Shown here one piece after another: positions 16,615 to 25,371 of a stretch of 39,597 nucleotides of DNA. The DNA comes from a bacterium (lineage in GTDB: Bacteria; Zhuqueibacterota; Zhuqueibacteria; Oceanimicrobiales; Oceanimicrobiaceae). The translations under genes were made by a program, and so were the position numbers. The notes beneath the pieces were generated by a model that was not told the origin of the DNA, made no database searches, and saw only the letters and a list, made by a program, of their open reading frames with translations. The stretch is taken from contig JBHHXT010000028.1 in the NCBI GenBank assembly GCA_046757165.1, positions 1 to 39,597 on the forward strand. The letters run 5' to 3'. The number at the start of each line of letters is the position of its first letter. Within the stretch, counting starts at the first letter, position 1.

Positions 16615-18493
16615 AGTTCAATCTCCTCAAAGTCAGCAACTTCACGCTCTGGGCTTGCATCTTCAGGTCCAGCTTGAATCTATTTCTGTCGTCGGCGCTC
16701 ACTCTGCTGATGGGCCTGCAGAGCGCCAGATCCTGATTCTGGCGCAGAAGCTTGTTCTGCGCCCTGCTCAGATGCTTCGGGCTACCGAGTTGGAGCCAAA
16801 CCGAATATGTGTTGGAGTGCGTGGCGTCAATCGCATACTCTCGAAGCTCGAACTTGTGAAATGGCAGATTTCGTATCGACAGCCTGACCGAAATCGAGTC
16901 CGGGTTGGTGCCGTTGCTCACCTCGTTGATCTCTTCGTTCAGGTGATAAAGCAAGATCTCTACCGAGCGGTCGCTGTCCCGCGTCGCGATCGCGTGCAGG
17001 ACGTCGCCGAATTGACTTCCCCCGACCAGGCGAACGCGTTCATCAGACAAATGCCCCAGCGCTTCAATGGCGTTGAAGATGGGCAGTTTGAATACTTTAT
17101 GATGGCCATTCATCTTCAGCGAGGTTGCGATTCCTGCTTTTGTCATAACAAAGTCTTTCAGCACCTGGTGGCCGGCCCAGTAGACCACTTCCTGCGGATT
17201 GAACGGCGCACCCAATGTATCGGCAAGATAAAACATGCTGTCCACCATCTTGACATACCAGGCCGCAATGTAGCGTGCCTTGTTGACAATCTCGTTTTTG
17301 CGGCGCAACTTTGGACCGGTCTCGGTTAAGAGAAACGGCAGCGTTTTGATGCGCGAGCGAATGGTTGCATGGTCATGCGCGACGGCGCTGTTGAGCTTCC
17401 AGTAAATCTTGCCCAGCAGGCTCACCTTCTGGTGCTGGCGATAATCATGGCCGATGAGGTTGTACCCATGCGTTGAAACAAAATCTATCGGTGAACCCTT
17501 CTGACCCGGCGCGCCGCCGTTGTTTTCCAGAAACAAGTGCTCGAGCAGCCCAGCAATCGCCCCGCCCGCACTCGCCGGCCCGCCAATTCGAATCCCTGGA
17601 AAAGCGGACCGGGCTGCGGCCACGGTGTGATCATACAGCTTGTGGTACTCCTTCATGTCCCCGTAGGGCCTCCGCCTCGGGTCTGGATCTTCGACCCAGA
17701 AAAGGTACCCCAGGTCAGGTTCATTCCAGACCTCGAAATACCAGCTTGCCACCTCGCGTTCGCCATAGCGTGCGACAAGGTGTTTCACGGTCGCGTGCAC
17801 CAGGTTCTGCCAGGCCGTGTAATTCTTTGGCGGCGAAATGTTGGCGCGGCCCCACTTCTGGCGCCGGTCCGGGATGGAGGCCAGGGCGTCGGGCATAAAG
17901 CCGAACTCGACGATGGGCTTGAGCCCATAGCTCAAAATCTTATCAAACACCTTGTTGGTCAATGTCCAATCGTAGCTGGCGCGGCCCTTTGTGTCCGTTC
18001 TGTAAATCTCCAATCCCTCCCCCCAGGGCGGCTGACCGTTGCTAAAGATATTGTGCGCCCGAATATAGCGGAACGCGTTGTGCTCAAACGAGCCGTCGCC
18101 CACTCTGGCATTTGCTGCCTTGATATGCTCGAAAAGCTCACGCGATTTGCTCGACAGCAACGCGGCTTTCCACGACTCGAAGCCGATATCGCCCCAGAAC
18201 CGTTCATACTTACCCAGGCTATGCGAGGCGTCGACGGACAGGTTCCACGTCTGCTTGTAAACGTCAATTTTTCTGTGCGAGGCGTTGCGCTGTTTTCCGG
18301 AAACGCCAAACTTTTGCGCCAGCCAATTCTTGACTTGCCCGGCACGAACCGCCTGCTCGTAGAGAAACTTGTTTTCCCTGACGAATTTCTTGACCTGATA
18401 TTTATTCCGGAGCGCCAGGGCAGCGCCAAACGCACCCACTGCAAACAAGAGGAGCAGCGATAGAAAAAGTTTGCTTTTGAGTAACCTGGACAT
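16613..18493 (-). CDS. Glycoside hydrolase family 39 (beta-xylosidase / alpha-L-iduronidase / PslG-like) with an N-terminal signal or anchor
   Basis: Motifs YIRAHNIF, KPIVEFGFMP, FEVWNEPD (acid/base Glu), IGGPA, DFVSTHGY and LLTE (nucleophile Glu). Confidence 0.85.
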   Translation of the reverse strand: MSRLLKSKLFLSLLLLFAVGAFGAALALRNKYQVKKFVRENKFLYEQAVRAGQVKNWLAQKFGVSGKQRNASHRKIDVYKQTWNLSVDASHSLGKYERFWGDIGFESWKAALLSSKSRELFEHIKAANARVGDGSFEHNAFRYIRAHNIFSNGQPPWGEGLEIYRTDTKGRASYDWTLTNKVFDKILSYGLKPIVEFGFMPDALASIPDRRQKWGRANISPPKNYTAWQNLVHATVKHLVARYGEREVASWYFEVWNEPDLGYLFWVEDPDPRRRPYGDMKEYHKLYDHTVAAARSAFPGIRIGGPASAGGAIAGLLEHLFLENNGGAPGQKGSPIDFVSTHGYNLIGHDYRQHQKVSLLGKIYWKLNSAVAHDHATIRSRIKTLPFLLTETGPKLRRKNEIVNKARYIAAWYVKMVDSMFYLADTLGAPFNPQEVVYWAGHQVLKDFVMTKAGIATSLKMNGHHKVFKLPIFNAIEALGHLSDERVRLVGGSQFGDVLHAIATRDSDRSVEILLYHLNEEINEVSNGTNPDSISVRLSIRNLPFHKFELREYAIDATHSNTYSVWLQLGSPKHLSRAQNKLLRQNQDLALCRPISRVSADDRNRFKLDLKMQAQSVKLLTLRRLN

Positions 18494-18499
18494 CTTTGC

Positions 18500-19528
18500 T
18501 CAGTGTGTCACTGCCTCCGTCACACCGCGCGCCATATCGTGCACGGTGAAATTCTCGAGCACCCGTTCCCTGGCACGTGCTCCCAACTTGCGTGCCAGAT
18601 CCGGCTTTTGTAACAGCAGCTCCATTTTCTGGCGCATGTCCGAGCTCACATGGTCAGCCACCAGGAGGGCATTCTTGTTGTCTTCCACATAATCGGTCAC
18701 GCCCCACACTTGCGTAATGATGACTGCTTTGCCCAGCGCCATCGACTCCAGCAGCACCATCTGGCCAGAGGACAACTCCGGGTCATCGAGAGGTACGACC
18801 ACGAATTTGGCAGACATCAGATGGTTGTAGTATTCATCACCGTAGACATCATACTTCAGCTCGACATTATCTGGCACAGTCAGACCGGCGACATTATACT
18901 TCTTGGCGAACACCACCACGCTTGTATCCAGACCGGCAACAGCCTCGAAGAACGTCTTGTAGTCGCGGTTGCTGCTGCCCGCGCTGAAAATGAAATCACC
19001 GGCTTGCGGATTCCGGCGCAACAACTCTTCGATTCTTGCGATGTTGACGCCGTAGGGCACAAAATGGAACTTCTGGCTCTTGCAGCCAAAAAAACGATTG
19101 TAGTAAGTCGATTCCTTTGAAGAATAGCAAATCACCTTGTCCACCCCGGCCAGAGCCGCTTTGGTGAAATAGTATCTCAAATTGGCGTAGATCGGATTCT
19201 TCCTCTTGGTAAAAAAGAACGCCATCAGCACAAGACGCGGCCTGCGGTTGAAACTCAACTGTTTGAAAAAAGAGTAAAAAAGGCCAGCCACGCCCTGATA
19301 AGCGATGACGAGGTCAAACTTCTTTCGCTTCAAAAACCCTTTCAGCCCGATCAAAAAGTAACCACTCCACAAATAGAGAATCTTCTCGAGTCTCGAATTG
19401 TACTTGCGCGTAATCTCGACGCCGACTGTCTCACAACTGTGGCCGAGCGCCAACATCTCGCGCAAGAACGACCAGTCGTCTTTCTTGACGATCCAATCGG
19501 TGAGAAGAAGTATCCGCTGTGTTGTCAA
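18500..19528 (-). CDS. GT-B fold glycosyltransferase (GT4-like)
   Basis: TTG start. Motifs FSAGSSNRDY, SGQMVLLESMALGKAVI and DYVEDNKNALLV. Confidence 0.85.
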   Translation of the reverse strand: MTTQRILLLTDWIVKKDDWSFLREMLALGHSCETVGVEITRKYNSRLEKILYLWSGYFLIGLKGFLKRKKFDLVIAYQGVAGLFYSFFKQLSFNRRPRLVLMAFFFTKRKNPIYANLRYYFTKAALAGVDKVICYSSKESTYYNRFFGCKSQKFHFVPYGVNIARIEELLRRNPQAGDFIFSAGSSNRDYKTFFEAVAGLDTSVVVFAKKYNVAGLTVPDNVELKYDVYGDEYYNHLMSAKFVVVPLDDPELSSGQMVLLESMALGKAVIITQVWGVTDYVEDNKNALLVADHVSSDMRQKMELLLQKPDLARKLGARARERVLENFTVHDMARGVTEAVTH

Positions 19529-19564
19529 TTTGCAAATCCGAGTGTTTCTTCGTACCCCGGAGAA

Positions 19565-19589
19565 GCGCCCACAAGGGGTCGGGGCTACA
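19565..19589. repeat. GTAG-type REP-like sequence
   Basis: The minus strand reads tgtagccccgaccccttgtgggcgc: a GTAG foot followed by an imperfect GC palindrome. Confidence 0.45.
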
Positions 19590-19751
19590 ATTCAAAGTTA
19601 CAAATGCAATTCTAATAGGTCAAAATCAAAGATACACATTCTCAAAACCTGAACAAGTCCTTCACCGCAAAGGCTCGAAGAACGCGAAGAGAAAGCTAGA
19701 CATCTGAAAGAAGTTGATCTTTTGTTTTCACAGATTCCTGAATCATTCAGG

Positions 19752-20939
19752 CTAGCACTTCCCGTTCATCGACTGTTTGATCAAGCTCGCCACTTTGGTC
19801 GCATTCATCTTCCAGGAATATTTCTCGCACACGGTCTGTCGCGCGCGTTTGCCAAGAATCGTCCTCAGGTCCGGATTCTCGATCAATTGGCACGAGCGGT
19901 TAATCCACTCTTCGATGTCTCCGGGCTCATAGAGCATGCCGTTTGCACCGTCTTCGATCATCTCTTCGATCTGCCCCACTCGACTGGCAATGACAGGCCT
20001 GGCCGCGGCCATGTATTCAAACAGTTTGAGAGGGGAGAAATAAAAAAAAGTCATGGCCGGGTACGGCGCCAGCACGATGTCCATCGCAGACAGATAATGC
20101 GGAATCTCGTGATGCTCAACGTAGCCGGCAAAAACCACCCGCTCTCGCAGCCCATTCCTCCGGAGCTCCTGCTCCAGCTCCTCCTTCAGAGGGCCGTCAC
20201 CGACGAGCAAGAATTTCACCTCGTCGTATTTTGCACACAGCCGCTGAACATACGGCCTCAGACTCTCCAACCCATGCCAGTAATGGAAGGATCCCACAAA
20301 CCCCAGCACCACGGACTCCCGCAAGCCGTATTTCTGGCGAATCCCGACACCCTTGACCTGCGGGCTGAACGCTTCGACATCCACGCCATTCGGAACCACG
20401 CTGATTTTCTTGCTATCGACACCTTGCTGCACGAAGTATGATTTAAGCGCCTCAGAGACCGTATACACCCGTGTGGCCAATTTGAGATTGAGCATCTCAA
20501 TCCACTCCGGGATGAGCGGCAGGCTCACGGCCGTCTGGTTGAATTGCCGGTTTTCCAGAGCCATCGGCGAATTGACTTCCAGAACGAGCGGAATCCGTTT
20601 TATCTTCGCAATAATCGCGGCCGAGAAACTGAGAAGATTGTAACGCACCAGCAGGGCGTCCGGCTTCTCGCGGCTGATGAGCCGCCACTCCCGCCGAAAA
20701 GCGCCGAAGTTGGTAACAAGCGCATTGAGCTGGCCGACGTGACGCGACAGTTTGCTTTTCAACCATGCCCGGGCATTGGACTGAACGGCCGCCTCTTCGC
20801 TGTCAAACTTGTTCAGATCACACGATTTGATATTCACACCCACTTCCCGCGCGGCGTTGACGAATTCCTTCACATGAACAGCGGCGCCCACTGAACTGTA
20901 TTTTTTGTCAAAGAGATAGTTGAGGTAAAGCACGTTCAT
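19752..20939 (-). CDS. GT4 family glycosyltransferase
   Basis: Motifs LEVNSP, VPNGVD, GFVGSFHYWHG and SPLKLFEYMAAARPVI. Start overlaps the upstream stop (ATGA). Confidence 0.9.
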   Translation of the reverse strand: MNVLYLNYLFDKKYSSVGAAVHVKEFVNAAREVGVNIKSCDLNKFDSEEAAVQSNARAWLKSKLSRHVGQLNALVTNFGAFRREWRLISREKPDALLVRYNLLSFSAAIIAKIKRIPLVLEVNSPMALENRQFNQTAVSLPLIPEWIEMLNLKLATRVYTVSEALKSYFVQQGVDSKKISVVPNGVDVEAFSPQVKGVGIRQKYGLRESVVLGFVGSFHYWHGLESLRPYVQRLCAKYDEVKFLLVGDGPLKEELEQELRRNGLRERVVFAGYVEHHEIPHYLSAMDIVLAPYPAMTFFYFSPLKLFEYMAAARPVIASRVGQIEEMIEDGANGMLYEPGDIEEWINRSCQLIENPDLRTILGKRARQTVCEKYSWKMNATKVASLIKQSMNGKC

Positions 20940-22789
20940 TTTATCTCAGCCAATTCAGCTTCGGCTGCGCTGATGCGAAAACGCATATTTCGTTTATCGC
21001 CCTTTCTGGCGCGAAAATTCAGGCTGCGCTTGGCCACGGTGTGCAAACGTCCCCTGGCAGAACAGACGATCTCCAGCTCCTCGAACTCCATCTCATTTTC
21101 GCTAAACTCGAACAAAAGGGTTCGGTCATTCGAGACCAATTTCAGTTGCGTGGCGTCCGGGCTCTCCCATTTGAACTTATCTGCGACCGGGAAATTGAAG
21201 AACCGAAATTCGTCAAATACCAGCTCCTGCAGGAAGGTGATTTCGTCCTCGAACAAGATGGCGTCTCGGTCGAACTGGACCCTCCGGCTCAGCTCATAAG
21301 GCCCGCAGTCATAGCGCATCAAGACCACATCGCCATTCCGCTCGAAGTTGACCGATGCTCTGCGAGCGGGTGCAATCCAGCCCCGACCGTTTTGCGCAAT
21401 GGGGGCGAACAAATTCTTTTCGCTGCCGTCTGGTGAATGCTTGCCGAAACGGTCCGGCGTGGGCCCACCGGGACAGGAGAAGACAAAGCCAAAGTCTTTC
21501 CACCACAGATGTTGCAGGGTGATGCCCGGCTCGCACAGGTACTCGGGCAGCCCGCCGAAAAAGACAGCAAAGTAGGTCTCGGTCGAGACCACGGCGGTTT
21601 CCGTCGGCTGCGAGATCCAGGAAAACGTTCGGCTGGCTGTGGTTTTCTTCGCCGGAGGATTGCCGAGCAAATGCGTCAGACCGAGCCAGGCCCCGAGAAA
21701 GGCGTTGTAAACGGTCAGATGGTGGTAATCGTACCACCCGGGCCGCTCCTCATCCGGGCGATCATTCAAGACCAGAGGAAAATGATCGCCCCTTTGAAAT
21801 CTGAGCAGATAGTCGAAGAGTCTTCCGGACAGCGTGAGCAAGCTGGAATCGCCCTTTTCTTTGTAGCCAGCCTCGAGCGCATAGATAGCTGCCCCATAGC
21901 CAAAAATCTGCTCGTGGCCCCGGCCGAGATAATTGAAATCGCCCTCGGGATCAATGAACGGCACGAAATACTCGAGGCCGTCCGCGAACCACTTCTTCAC
22001 TCGGGTGTCGTTCCACAGCAGATGGATGCGATGCAGAATGGCAACCGTAAAAATGTGATATTGAATCGGACGGCTGAGACGACGATTGTCGTCGAAACAC
22101 CCGTCGCGACTGCGCGCTCTGGCAACATAGCGCAAGTTCCAGACGGCCTTGAGCCGGTCGAGCGGGCCTCCGAACAGGTCGTGGCGTTCGGCAAAGGCCC
22201 ACGCGCGCATCGCTGCCCAGTTGGTCAGCTTGTTGCGATGATTGGTCTGCCAGGTGTTCAGGCCCTGTTTCCATTGCTGCCGTTCTTCGGGGGTCAGGCT
22301 CTCCTCGAGCAGCCGGTAGGTCAACACAAAGGCGTAGTTTTGGAAATCCCAGTGGTACATCCATTCGGAGATGGGCTGGTACTCGCTCAGCGAGGTGCGC
22401 AGATGAAACGCGATGGCATCTTTGGCCGCTGACAGGTAGGATTCTTCCTGCGTCTCCTGAAAAAGAATGGCGCTGAGAAGGGCAAAATGGCTCGTGCTGT
22501 AATGCTCGCCCTGCACCCGGCCATCGATGGGGTCGTAGATGCCGCCGCCGTCAACCACCTCGAGGGTCACGCGCTCACCCGAGCGTGAAAGGGGGCGCAA
22601 CGCAATGCCGTTTGCGCTGAAAACGTCCTGGCCGGCTGCATGTCGCACGGCGATTTCGCCTGAGACTGGATGAGCCAGCTTGAAGTCGATGTGACCTTGA
22701 ACAACCTCTGCCGTGATGGTCTCCGGTTTGACTTGCAGGTTGTGCAGCCAGGAATGAATTCCCTTTGCTATTTCCAGGTACCGGCTCAT
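20936..22789 (-). CDS. Hypothetical protein, likely (alpha/alpha)-barrel glycan-modifying enzyme
   Basis: Start placed at MSRYLE (ATG 22789). 617 aa, translationally coupled to the GT4. Aromatic/His-rich motifs HWDFQNY, TNWAAMR, GRGHEQIFGY and WYDYHH. No signal peptide seen. The fold is an inference. Confidence 0.65.
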   Translation of the reverse strand: MSRYLEIAKGIHSWLHNLQVKPETITAEVVQGHIDFKLAHPVSGEIAVRHAAGQDVFSANGIALRPLSRSGERVTLEVVDGGGIYDPIDGRVQGEHYSTSHFALLSAILFQETQEESYLSAAKDAIAFHLRTSLSEYQPISEWMYHWDFQNYAFVLTYRLLEESLTPEERQQWKQGLNTWQTNHRNKLTNWAAMRAWAFAERHDLFGGPLDRLKAVWNLRYVARARSRDGCFDDNRRLSRPIQYHIFTVAILHRIHLLWNDTRVKKWFADGLEYFVPFIDPEGDFNYLGRGHEQIFGYGAAIYALEAGYKEKGDSSLLTLSGRLFDYLLRFQRGDHFPLVLNDRPDEERPGWYDYHHLTVYNAFLGAWLGLTHLLGNPPAKKTTASRTFSWISQPTETAVVSTETYFAVFFGGLPEYLCEPGITLQHLWWKDFGFVFSCPGGPTPDRFGKHSPDGSEKNLFAPIAQNGRGWIAPARRASVNFERNGDVVLMRYDCGPYELSRRVQFDRDAILFEDEITFLQELVFDEFRFFNFPVADKFKWESPDATQLKLVSNDRTLLFEFSENEMEFEELEIVCSARGRLHTVAKRSLNFRARKGDKRNMRFRISAAEAELAEIK

Positions 22790-22939
22790 CTTGATCGTGG
22801 TGCGACCTCCTATCACTGATGAATACAAGTCTAAGCTGCGCTGCCATTCAGGGCACTTTACTTGGTAAAAGAAGAAACTTGCCACAGTGCTCACGACTCT
22901 AAAATCACGCCCCTGCGACAGCGTCAGGTTGAGGTAATG

Positions 22940-23845
22940 TTATGCCCCCGACGCAGAACTTATTAAATATCTACTCCTAAGATAAGAAACCCAATCATAC
23001 CATTCCTTGTCAGAAATGCCTGCTTCTATGATCTCAAATAATCGCTCAAATGTAATTCCTGCAAACTTTAATTCTTCATTTGGTAGAAGAAAACCTGAAT
23101 ACTCATTCGTCAATTCTTTAAAGTGGCTGTTACCATCCGGGTATAATAGAAGTGAGGCAAAATGTTTAAAGGATGAGTCCGGTTTCTGCAAGATGCTTTC
23201 TCCTAAAAGCTGATTTCTCCAAACCTGTCGGTATGTATCTTTGGGAAGTTCGGAGAGTTTTTCAGGTTTATAGAGATTTATTTTTTCTGTTAGCTGGTAG
23301 TATAGCGAATCGGGATTATTTACATCTTGCTCTTCCTTGGAGCCGGTCTTCAGTTTATACTCATGTTCAGTATATTTGACTTCGATTCCGATTATTCCTT
23401 CACTTTTGTCTTCATGCAAATATTCTACATAAACATCAAATGCAGTTCTATCGTTCAAATATTCATAGTTAGGTGAAGGTGCATATTCTATCATGATATT
23501 TGTTACTTGAAATATTTTATTCTCAAGTAGCGGGCTTAAGACACTTGTTGCTAATTCTAAATCTATTTTCAATGGGGCAAATATGTTGAAGGGTATATGC
23601 TCGCTTCTCAACATATCTGCATACAAGCCTTTTGAGTATATCGGATATCGCCTTTTTACTTCTTCAAATATCTTCAGGCCTTGATAAAAGTTTAATCCTT
23701 TCTTTGCATCAGATTCGACCAATCTATTTCCATATTCATCATAATCAACTTGTAGAATTTCTGCTCTAAATTTCGATTGATGACGACGTGCTTTACTTTT
23801 GAAGTTATCATCTTTGCCATATTGTTCGCCAATTCTATATTTCAT
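22940..23845 (-). CDS. PD-(D/E)XK putative restriction endonuclease (PGN_0703-like)
   Basis: Start placed at MKYRIG (ATG 23845), after the FrhB-like stop. Motifs MLRSEHIPFN, DRTAFDV...GIEVKYTE and QVWRNQL. Markedly AT-rich. Confidence 0.75.
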   Translation of the reverse strand: MKYRIGEQYGKDDNFKSKARRHQSKFRAEILQVDYDEYGNRLVESDAKKGLNFYQGLKIFEEVKRRYPIYSKGLYADMLRSEHIPFNIFAPLKIDLELATSVLSPLLENKIFQVTNIMIEYAPSPNYEYLNDRTAFDVYVEYLHEDKSEGIIGIEVKYTEHEYKLKTGSKEEQDVNNPDSLYYQLTEKINLYKPEKLSELPKDTYRQVWRNQLLGESILQKPDSSFKHFASLLLYPDGNSHFKELTNEYSGFLLPNEELKFAGITFERLFEIIEAGISDKEWYDWVSYLRSRYLISSASGA

Positions 23846-23882
23846 TTTCTGCCAATCCTGACTTGACGACCTTCCATTCTTA

Positions 23883-25322
23883 CTACATAACATTTGGCTT
23901 AGCATCTGCCATATCTTTGACATCCGAGTTGGCGAATGTATCGAGCATACGGCGGTTATCGCGAATGACCGTTTCCATCTCGGTCGTTTCCACGTAATCA
24001 TGGTCTTTCAGGTTATCGAGCTCTTCGCCATCGCACAGACATTTGTACATGACCCGCAGGTACTGGCTCATGATTCTCGTCGGCACGTGCAAGAAAAGCG
24101 TGTTGACCAGTCTGTTCTCGAACAGCGTCGAGGTGACCATGAGAATCGCGGCCCCGAGGTAGTGCTTGAATCTCAGCGGTGCCGCCGGCTCGAGCGTGTG
24201 ATAATTGGGAACGGCTAAGCCGAGAAACTTGCGGATGCGAATGTAAGCGTAGGCAATTCTCTTCTTTAGATTTATCGTCGGCAGCATGCCGCGTTTCACC
24301 ATGTTGCGCGCGGCCGGCTCGACATAGAGCACGCCGTCGTTGACCAACTGGGCAATGACAGTCGAGCCGGCCTCGGTGCGGGTCATGATATAGGACCAGC
24401 CATCTTTGTAGTCGGGCCGGTCCGGGACGCCGCCGCCGCGCCATTCGTCACCACAGACGATGTCGGCAAATTCAGCCATTGCGTCCGTGCAGGTGGCGCA
24501 GCGCACGCGCTCGAAGACCGCGTGGGCCCAAAAAAACTCCTGCACGGGGTGTAAAATATGATTGGTGCCGTCCTTTTTGATCACGTTGAATCCGCCCGGC
24601 CAGGTATCATCCCGGTATCGAATTTCTTTGATCTCGTCGAAATTCTTCACCCCGGCGCGACGAATCAGGTAGGTGGTATTGGTGAACGAGGGATGGAAGC
24701 CGCAAATCAACCCAATCTGGAGCACGATACGCTTGCGCAGCCGCGGCATCTTCTGCTGTGCCAGCCGAATGCCGTGAATGTGGCAGGGCAAGCCGACCAC
24801 GGCGAACCGGCCCTCTTCCTTCATGATCGCTTCGATAATCACACCGGTCGGGACCGGCAGGTATTTCGACTGCTGCGCAGCCAGCACCTCCTGACGCGTG
24901 CGAGCAATATAGACTTTTGGCTCCAGCGGACGTTCTTCGTCCATCTTCACCACCACCGCGCCATCGATTTCTCCTTTCTCCAGCAGCGCGATCAAAATAG
25001 CCGAAACGATGCCTCCGGAGGCCGCCGTCCTGCGAACATCCTCCATCGTCGTGTAGCCGCTCCAGAACTCGCGCACGTGCCCGATGTCTTTGTCCGCTGG
25101 GATCTTGCCAAACATCTCCTGCTGCAGCCCATTCCAGTCAAACTCTTCCCCCGGGCAGGCGATGTAGCACAGGTCGCAGTCCGTGCAGGATTCGCGCTTG
25201 AAAACGGGAAAGATTCCCTTTTGCGGATGCTGTTCCAGCTTGATGGCATCGGTCGGGCAGACGCCCACGCAGACGCCACACTGGTGGCAGTTGCCGTTTT
25301 CGAGTACTTCCTCTATGTCCAT
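23883..25322 (-). CDS. Coenzyme F420 hydrogenase/dehydrogenase beta-subunit (FrhB-like) Fe-S protein
   Basis: Two ferredoxin motifs (CHQCGVCVGVCP, CTDCDLCYIACP), then ASGG, QSKY, VGLPC, GLIC and RCATC. Confidence 0.85.
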   Translation of the reverse strand: MDIEEVLENGNCHQCGVCVGVCPTDAIKLEQHPQKGIFPVFKRESCTDCDLCYIACPGEEFDWNGLQQEMFGKIPADKDIGHVREFWSGYTTMEDVRRTAASGGIVSAILIALLEKGEIDGAVVVKMDEERPLEPKVYIARTRQEVLAAQQSKYLPVPTGVIIEAIMKEEGRFAVVGLPCHIHGIRLAQQKMPRLRKRIVLQIGLICGFHPSFTNTTYLIRRAGVKNFDEIKEIRYRDDTWPGGFNVIKKDGTNHILHPVQEFFWAHAVFERVRCATCTDAMAEFADIVCGDEWRGGGVPDRPDYKDGWSYIMTRTEAGSTVIAQLVNDGVLYVEPAARNMVKRGMLPTINLKKRIAYAYIRIRKFLGLAVPNYHTLEPAAPLRFKHYLGAAILMVTSTLFENRLVNTLFLHVPTRIMSQYLRVMYKCLCDGEELDNLKDHDYVETTEMETVIRDNRRMLDTFANSDVKDMADAKPNVM

Positions 25323-25371
25323 TGTCTGTGAGTCTCAGATATTCTTGTGATACGGACGTTTGGGGTCCAGG

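Noticed and set aside
23846..24001. N-terminal extension of the nuclease ORF overlapping the FrhB-like gene
   Set aside because: The AT-rich composition and plausible protein sequence begin near ATG 23845. The extension is an alternative frame of the upstream gene.
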